A stretch of DNA of 64,000 nucleotides from Malacoraja senta (Eukaryota), in assembly GCA_038087875.1 (NCBI GenBank), contig CM075995.1:5148001-5212000 (forward strand), in the 5' to 3' direction. Of this stretch, positions 38,401 to 47,400 are shown piece after piece. The first letter of the stretch is position 1, and every line of letters begins with the position of its first letter. The position numbers were made by a program, and so were the translations under genes. The notes under the pieces are model-generated. The model was not told where the DNA came from. It did no database searches and was given only the letters and a program-made list of their open reading frames with translations.

Positions 38401-41400
38401 GGGCCTCCACAGGACCCTTAACTCGACTTGCGTGTGTCCACCCTTTTTCTTTTGTCCGCACTGCTGTTTCCGTGGTCAGTAACACCAGGTAGGGTCCAGT
38501 CCACTTAGGTTGCAGCTTTTCTTCTTTCCACGTTTTTATTAATACCCAGCCTCCAGCCTTGACTGGGTGTATCTGAAAGTCCAGTGGTGGGCTCTGGGCC
38601 AGCAATCCTTTAATTTTTAGTTCTGCAAGAGATTGGGACACTGCCAGTAAATAGTTCCTCAGGAACACATCGTTCCCTTGCATTGTTGGGACTCCTATCT
38701 TTCCTAAATAATAAAGACTTAACTTGTTCAACCTTTCTCTGTGTCTTAGTTGCTGAAACCCAGTCAACATTCTAATTGATCTCCTCTGTACTCTCTATTT
38801 TGTTGACCTTTTCCTATAATTATGCCTACCAAAATTATACACCATACTCCACAATTGACCTCACCAATACCTTGTACAATTTAACATTACAACCCAACTT
38901 CTATACACAATGCTCTGATTTATAAAGGCCAACACACCAAAATCTTTCTTTACCATCCTATCTTCATGAGATTCCACCTTCAGGGAACTATGCACAGTTA
39001 TTCCTAGATCCGCCTGTTCAACTTCATTCCTCAATTCACAATCATTTACCATGTACGTTCAATTTTGATTTGTCCTGCCAAGATGTATCATCTCACACTT
39101 ATCAACATTAAACCCATCTGTCATGTGTCAACCCACTCTTCCAAATGATCTAAATCTCTCTGTACACTTTTAAAATCTACTTCATTATTCACAACACCAC
39201 CTATCTTAGTATCATCTACATACTTATTAATCTATTTTACCACATCAACATCCAGATTATTGATTCACATGACAAACAACAGTGGACCCAACACACATCC
39301 CCGAGGTACCCCTCTAGTCACTGACCTCCAACCTGACAAACATCCACCCACCATTGCTCTCTGACATCTCCCATACAGCCACTTTTTAATCCATCTTGCT
39401 ATTCCTTACTAACCCTTCTTAACCAACCTTATTTCCTTATTGAACCTTGTCAAAGGCCTTACTGAAGTTCATCTAGACAACATCCACCACTTTCCCCTCA
39501 TCAATTTCCCTAATAACCTTTTCAAAAAATTCAAGATTAGTCAAACATCACAATCACAAATCCATGCTAATTCTTCCTAATCCTACCCTATTTATCCAAA
39601 TTCTTATATATTGTCTTAAGTATCCTTTCCATTATTTTGCCCACCACTGATGTCAAACAACGTTCTTGTTAAAACTCTACTCTTTTCTCACATCTTTGTC
39701 CTCCTGTTCACATACCTCAGGGCTATTATCTATTCGTACCTGCGGGACAGCCCTCATGTAATTATTGAAATGGTACCAGGTATATCAACCTTCTACCTGA
39801 ACATCGGTCGGTAGTTTAGAAAACTCATACATACACCTTGTCTTCAGGTTTAAAGGGTCCTTCCTCCTGGTCCACCTCCAACAGCTTTTACTTTTCCTGT
39901 TCATAAATAGACTTGTATATCATAATTAACTGTTTCATATACTTTTTAAATTTTATCTTTAACTGTTCCAAACTCGGTCTCTTGTAGGGACCTCTCCATT
40001 GTGCCACCTGCTCGGTTAGTTTGCATGCAACATCTCTTCAGTGCCAATGGCAGGGCATCGATCCAATTCAACTTTGTAATTAAACAAATCTTATTTATAT
40101 TAACCTTCAATGTTCCATTTATTCTTTCCACCATGCCTGTGACTGCAGGTGTTACATACCCAAATGTGTATTTTACTCTAAGGGTCTCTATCGCCAACTT
40201 GGCTACTCCCTAAATGAAAACAATCCGTTGTCAAAGCTGATTTCTGTAGGTCTACCAAACCTCTTAATTACCTTATTCATCATAAACGACACTACAGGGC
40301 TTATACCTAATCTAGTCTGAACTATATCCTGTCTTTTCCCAAGGTTATCATCCTCTGTCCTACATTCTGAAGTATTATTATTATTATTTTTTTAATCTCT
40401 CTCTCTCTCTCTTACATCGCTTGTCACTTATGGAACAATACCAACAAATCCTCCTTTAAATCCTTTTCTCTCTTGGGGACCCCAGTCCTGTTAGGGCTTA
40501 TATCCCGATTAATTTCACTCCTGATAGGACTTTTTGAGGAAACGCTCCCCAAAGATTCATTATTGGCATGTAATTCTCTGGCCCTGCTTGGTTCCGTCAT
40601 AGGACTCACTTAGGTCCATTGTTTATTGACAACAGCTCCTCTTGCTGGTTTGCAAGTCTTTTTCCTATCTTTGCGATATTTCTCAACTGCAGAGACCAAC
40701 TGTTCGCTGAATCTGCTTGACTTTAAGAAGAATGACATCCACCACAGTAGTTCATAATATAATGTTCATCAATCAACTCTCCACCTTTTCAGCTGGTTTT
40801 CCAGATAGGCTGCTGGATTACATTGTCTGAGGGCCTGCCATACCCTCTGCCTGTTCATAATATAATGTTCATCAATCAACTCTCCACCTTTTCAGCTGGT
40901 TTTCCAGATAGGCTGCTGAATTACATTGTCTGAGGGCCTGCCATACCCTCTGCCTGACTGTGCCAAACAGTATGCCATTGCTTGTTACATTGTTCGCATC
41001 AGTTTATACCATCCATCTTCAGTAGTTCTGTCACTTTAGTGGTTCCTATCACTTTTACCAACAGTGCCTTCAAATCTTCCATGATCAATAATCGTCCCAC
41101 GTTCTCCTCCAAAGCTCTAATCCATTTCCTCCCCCATCAGGGATATAGGGTGAGGTATTTTTTTAGCCCTTTCAGTTTATGGGTGCCCCAAGGGATAATC
41201 CGTGTCTGTCCTTCTCTTTTCTCTTTAAAGCAGTCATCACTTTATCCCAATGCTTCCAACTTTAATCCTTTCTGGTATGCCTTCTTTCTTATTCTAAATT
41301 TAATTTCTTGCTTCTCAAATATTCTAGCCTTCTTGCAAATTCCTTCACCTTTCTTTTTTAAATCTTCCACTGACTCCTCCAGCTTTATTACTTTCACGCC

Positions 41401-44400
41401 TGTTGTTTTTCTACTTCCGTTATCTCCTAACTGCCTCTCTCTCCTTTCTTTCTAAACTTGAATGTTTACCAATTAACTTATTTCCAATTATTTCAATCCA
41501 TATTCACCACTATTTTAAATGTCCAATTCCTAGCACTAGTAACAATTTTCCAAATTATCTTTACTGACTAGAAATCTAAAAGAACATCCCCTTCTAGGTT
41601 ACGAGGATACAAACAATTAATCGTTATCTTTCAGCTGTTCGTCGCCTTTCACCATGACCTAATTTATTTAAAGGAACATACACCTACCTACAGTGAACAT
41701 TTTTGATTCTAATAAAACTTACTTACTTACTCTTACAATGTGGTCTACAAATACAATAAACAAAATAATTATCACCTATATAAACTTCCTCTTTCATTCC
41801 AAACCGTTTTTTTACACACAAATCACATTCGTTCCATTCTTACTTCAAATAAATGCAACATCTTTTACATGTATTAAAACTCAAAATAACAGAATCAAAT
41901 CATTTTTGTCTTCTCCAATTCCCTGGGTATTTCTCTGACCCCAGAGGCTCAACTCAAAATAACAGAATCAAATCATTTTTGTCTTCTCCAATTCCCTGGG
42001 TATTTCTCTGCCCCCAGAGGCTCAGCATTCGCCCCAACGGACTATCAGGCAGAATGCGGAGGGTCGGGCTTAACGCCTTTCCCCTCCCTTTTGGGCTTTC
42101 CATTTCCATTGCCCAAGCATTCGATCGGAATTTCCCCTCGATCTATTTTCCTGCCTTGCCCGTACAGACCCCTGAATTCTTCAGGGCGGTATCCACAAGG
42201 ACTTCTCCCAATCGCCCGAGAAATACATAATAGTCATTTTCTTACCCGGGTCCTGTGCACAAGAATTGCTCGATTTGTCTCCTCGCGATTTCCAACTACT
42301 CCCACTTGTTTCTCTAATCTCTGGTCTTGGATATCACTCGCCCAAACCGCTGACGACAAGCAAGGGGTCTAGGGGCCGCTAAATCAGCGGGGTGCACCAT
42401 CCCTTCTCCCGTATACCGTCGCCAGCTGGCCGGAGTGGCAATCCCGAGACGAGCCCCCATCTGTGAGGTGCAAAAAACTGTTTGACACAATCACGATACT
42501 AGAGAATTTAGAGAAACAAGTTTATTTATTAGCAAGTCTGCAGAGTCGGGTGCCTCCCCTGTTGAGACACACCGAGACCAGGAAAGTCACCCTCTTTTAT
42601 TCACACCATTTTACAATGGTTTACACCTTTAATTCCTCCCCTTCGGGCTCCTTCCAATCAGAGCACTGAGGTGCACAATCTAACCGGAACGCCCCGCAAC
42701 ACCCAGGGTACCTCCCAGATCATACATCGCATGTGCATTTAAATGAGACATCTTGTCATAGTGGGTGTGTGTACATATTCATGTAAGTTCATTAGGCATG
42801 CGCAGATATGTTTGACCTTATGTACTTTCTCCCTTTTACTTTTCAAATCTTCTGCTGAATTTGCTACTTTTTATCTAGAATTTCTCTCTGTTCTATATAT
42901 CGTTATTTTCTATTCTACCAGCAGTCTGGCTTCTGCTGACACCCCAAGCCATTTTTCTATCCCTAGTCTAAATCAACCATGTCTGTTAACTCTTTTCTCA
43001 CATATGTCATACCTGTGGCATAGAGCACTCCCAGATATTGTGATGGGGAAGCGTAGGACATATTAATATCTTGTATGATATATGTATAATTGCAATGTGT
43101 AACTGATTTGTTGATAGTTCTCCCTATTTAGACATCTGTTCCCAGTTGTTTGAGGTTTTTCCAAAGCTATCTGATTTGTAGGAGTGTGTAGGAAGGAACT
43201 GCAGATGCTAGTTTACACCGAAGATAGACGCAAAAGGCTGGAGTAACTCAGCGGGACAGGCAGCATCTCTGGAGAGAAGGAATGGGTGATGTTTCAGGTC
43301 GCGACCCTTCTTCAGACCCGAAACGTCACCGATTCCTTCTCTCCAGAGATGCTGCTTGTCCTGCTGAGTTACTCGAGCATTTTGATTTGTGCGAGTATTA
43401 CTCTAATAACTATCATGGATGTTATCATGCACTGAAGTGCTTCATTGATATTCAGATATTTATCAAAAGCTGTTTGTATTGTAAAAATCCAATAGCACCA
43501 GCTAGTGAATTTTTTTTCAAACTTAGAACATATTCTGGAATTAAATGGGTATGATATTTCCGATTGGCGAATCTTTTCCTCTGAATCAATGAGTAATCTC
43601 AACTATTTTCAATAATGCCTCTAATTGTGAGCGAACAACAGAATCCTTTATTCCCCACAGCTTCCCCATAGTGATGTCACAGCTTTTGATGTCTGCTTTT
43701 GAGAAGTGGTATTAACGTTTTTTCCAATATTTAAATTGCATCTTGATTACCTATGTCCAATATAAAAACTTGATTCAAAGAGAGTACCCCAATCTGCATA
43801 TCATTTTAAAAGATCTGTGTGTGTGTGTGAAAAATACATTCTAGAAATAAGCAATTGGGTTTGATTTAAGCTCTCAAAACCAGTAGGTTGTGTCTATTAC
43901 GATGTGGAAATTCAAACTGTAAACCTAACTTTAATGAAACAAGTGATCTTGGGTGCCAGTCTGATGAAGGGTCTCGACCCGAAACGTTGCCTATTTCCTT
44001 CGCTCCATAGATGCTGCCTCACCCGCTGAGTTTCTCCAACATTTTTGTCTACTTTGGGTGCCAGACTGGCTGTTTAATTATTGTTATAAGACTACATGTC
44101 TTCATTAATTCTGGAAATAGATTTAACCTCTGGACTGCTAGTTCCCAGGCCTTGGTGGGAGCCTTGAGAGCTAAACAGCAGCATGCTCATATATGAAAGT
44201 ACAGAACCTTGACAGAAAGGTTCTGGGCCCCCAAGCCCTGCGGGATCTCCTGGTTACGAAACTTTTCCTGGGCATCCGTCATTACCAGCGTGAAGCCATA
44301 TGCAGACTGGGGGAACAGCACCTCATGTTCCACTCTGGTAACTTTGGATAGAACATTGAAATCTCCAATTATAGGTAACTAACCTCCAAACGCCCCCTCC

Positions 44401-47400
44401 CTTTTTCCCCTCCTCTTCCCTGTGCTCCACCTGGATGTGCAGTCATTTTTCCCTTTCCACTTCCACGTATATTCTTTCCCCCGGCTTCACAATTTATGCA
44501 TCCTCTCCTTATCTCATGCCTACTTCATCTCTGGCATGAGATAAGTCCAGCCATCTGCCAAGCCAAAACCCAGGCAGTCTATCATTTACCATGCTTTGAA
44601 ACCCCCACCCCTCTTCCAACTGTTTTCTCTATGGTGGGGAAGGGCCTGTTTCCATGCTGTATCCCTAAACTAAAGTGTCAATTTTTATAGTAGGTTCATT
44701 AGTTTAAAAAAAACCTGGAACGATTTATCTGGTAAAATATACAGCATATTAATTGCAAAACGCAATGAAAGGAATAGAGACTTTGTTGGTCCAGACAAAA
44801 TCACAAATATTTATACTGTTTATGCAATATAGTTTATGCAATATGTGATAAGGTTCTTCTGATGCAACTCTATGGATTTCTCTCCTTGCAGACCATGTTT
44901 GATGATGTTAGTGGTTTTGGAGCTTGGCATCGACGCTGGTGCGTCTTATCAGGAAATTGCATCTCATATTGGACCTATCCAGATGATGAAAAATCCAAGG
45001 TTTGTAGTGCAGAAACGATCAGCTGAAGTGAAACTTAATGCAATTCAAATATCCCTTTTTCAGCTTGAAGCCATCTCCGCATGCAATTATTTTAAAGGTT
45101 TCCTTACATTCATTAGTGGTGAAAATTTTACCATTTAAAAAAAAAATTGTAAAAGTGAATCGTCTCACCGGTAATCTTTTTGTGGTGTCATATCCTGCTG
45201 GTATTGTTAGGGAGCGGAGAAAATGTGTTCATCTGATTCAATTACGAGATGAATTAATACCAGTAGCATTTTTCATCAAAAAAAAATTGCTGGTGTGATC
45301 TATTTATCATACACCACAGCATGTACTCACTGCTTCCATACCTTTTCTATTGTATAACATCCAGCATCAGTAGCTTTTCCATGGCATCCAGCATCAGTAG
45401 CTGCTTAACCATTTACAAGTTGTTTATCTCTGTCATCCAGTCATTTACAAATCAATCATAATTGTTTTAAATGGCAGAGAAGTCTCAATGGTCTATTCCC
45501 ATTGCTCATAACATTTGGTGCTGAAGCCCCATTTCAGAGGGTCAATGCTAGTCCAGATTATAAATTCTGCCAATTTGGTCAAAGGACTGGACTGTTAACA
45601 AACTTCGGCTCTGCTCTACTTTGATTTCTTAATTCTTAGTTTCAGTTATTTGTTAAAAGGCTTTTATTATATATTTTATTCTCAATGGATTTAATAATTT
45701 TGTATGGGACCTGTAGTCTTTGATGCCTCTTTCCCTCCTTGCAGCAATGAGCTCTCTTCTTGAAAGCTCCCATTGATTATTTAATGCTTTACCAATTTTT
45801 CATTCCAGGCTACCAGGTCCTATTTCACTTTTCAAAAATTATCAAGTTGTGTGGCTGCTTAAATTGTTTATTGACTCCTAAGTTCTGCTTTAAAGCATTA
45901 ACTTATTTAAGTGAAAGTCCTTTTTAGGAGTTTTGTTAGATTTAAGCAATCTGGTATGTAATAAATGAAATTAACGAAAATTATCACAAATTTAGATTGG
46001 CAAAAAATTACAGGTGCTCAGAAGTGTCATAGATTTTAGATGTACAAAATCTTTTTTGCACTTAAAACTTGCAAGTTTTATTCAACATTAATATGTAGAG
46101 TTAGTATGATAAAATGGCACTTTATTTACTTGCAGACTCCACTTGGCCGTATAAACTTGGCTAATTGTACTAGCAGAAAAATAGATCCAGCTAACCGTGA
46201 GTTCTGTGCTCGACCCCACACATTTGAACTCATCACTGTAAGACCTCAGCGAGAAGATGACCGAGAGACGCTTGTTAGTCAATGCAAGAACACACTCTGT
46301 GTCACCAAGTGAGTAATAGAATCAATCTCTTTATGACATTGTCTTGAAACATTTACTCTATACATTACATAGAAAATAGGTGCACGAGGAGGCCATTCGG
46401 CCCTTCGAGCCAGCACCGCCATTCATTGTGATCATGACTGATCGTCCCCTATCAATAACCATATAACCATTACAGCACGGAAACAGGCCATCTCGGCTCT
46501 TCAAGTCCGTGCCGAACACTTTTTTTTTTCCTTCTTTCTTTCTTCCCCCTAGTCCCATCTACCTGCACTCAGACCATAACCCTCCATTCCTTTCCTGTCC
46601 ATATACCCATCCAATCTATTTTTAAAGGATAAAATCGAACCTGCCTCCACCACTTCCACTGGAAGCTCATTCCACACAGCTACCACTCTCTGAGTAAAGA
46701 AGTTCCCCCTAATGTTACCCCTAAACTTCTGTCCCTTAATTCTCAAGTCATGTCCCCTTGTTTGAATCTTCCCTACTCTCAATGGGAAAAGCTTATCCAC
46801 GTCAACTCTGTCTAACCCGCTCATCATTTTAAAGACCTCTATCAAGTCCCCCCTTAACCTTCTGTGCTCCAAAGAATAAAGACCTAACTTGTTCAACCTT
46901 TCTCTGTAACTTAGTTGCTGAAACCCAGGCAACATTCTAGTAAATCTCCTCTGTGCTCTCTCTATTTTGTTGACATCCTTCCTATAATTAGGCGACCAAA
47001 ATTGTACTCCATACTCCAGAATTGGCCTCACCAATGCCTTGTACAATTTTAACATTACATCCCAACTTCTATATTCAATGCTCTGATTTATAAAGGCCAG
47101 CACACCAAAAGCTTTCTTTACCACCCTATCTACATGAGATTCCACCTTCAGGGAACTATGCACAGTTATTCCTAGATTCCTCTGTTCAACTGCATTCCTC
47201 AATTCGCTACCATTTACCTTGTACGTCCTATTTTGATTTGTCCTGCCAAGATGTAGCACCGCACATTTATCAGCATTAAACTCCATCTGCCATCTTTCAG
47301 CCCACTCTTCCAAATGGCCTAGACTTTGAAAATCTACTTCATTATCCACAACACCACATATCTTAGTATCATCTGCATACTTACTAATCCAATTTTCCAC

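Larger units (their letters stand above)
37415..43002 (-). mobile_element. Non-autonomous class I-like endogenous retrovirus with chimeric internal region
   Basis: Near-identical LTRs at 37415-37965 and 42462-43002 with TGTGAG...CTCACA ends; TATG TSD (37411-14, 43003-06); tRNA-Pro-type PBS TGGGGGCTCGTC(T)CGGGAT at 42441-42459 (minus); PPT at 37966-37984; integrase C-terminus (W-x-GPY) and env N-terminal remnant. Confidence 0.92.
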
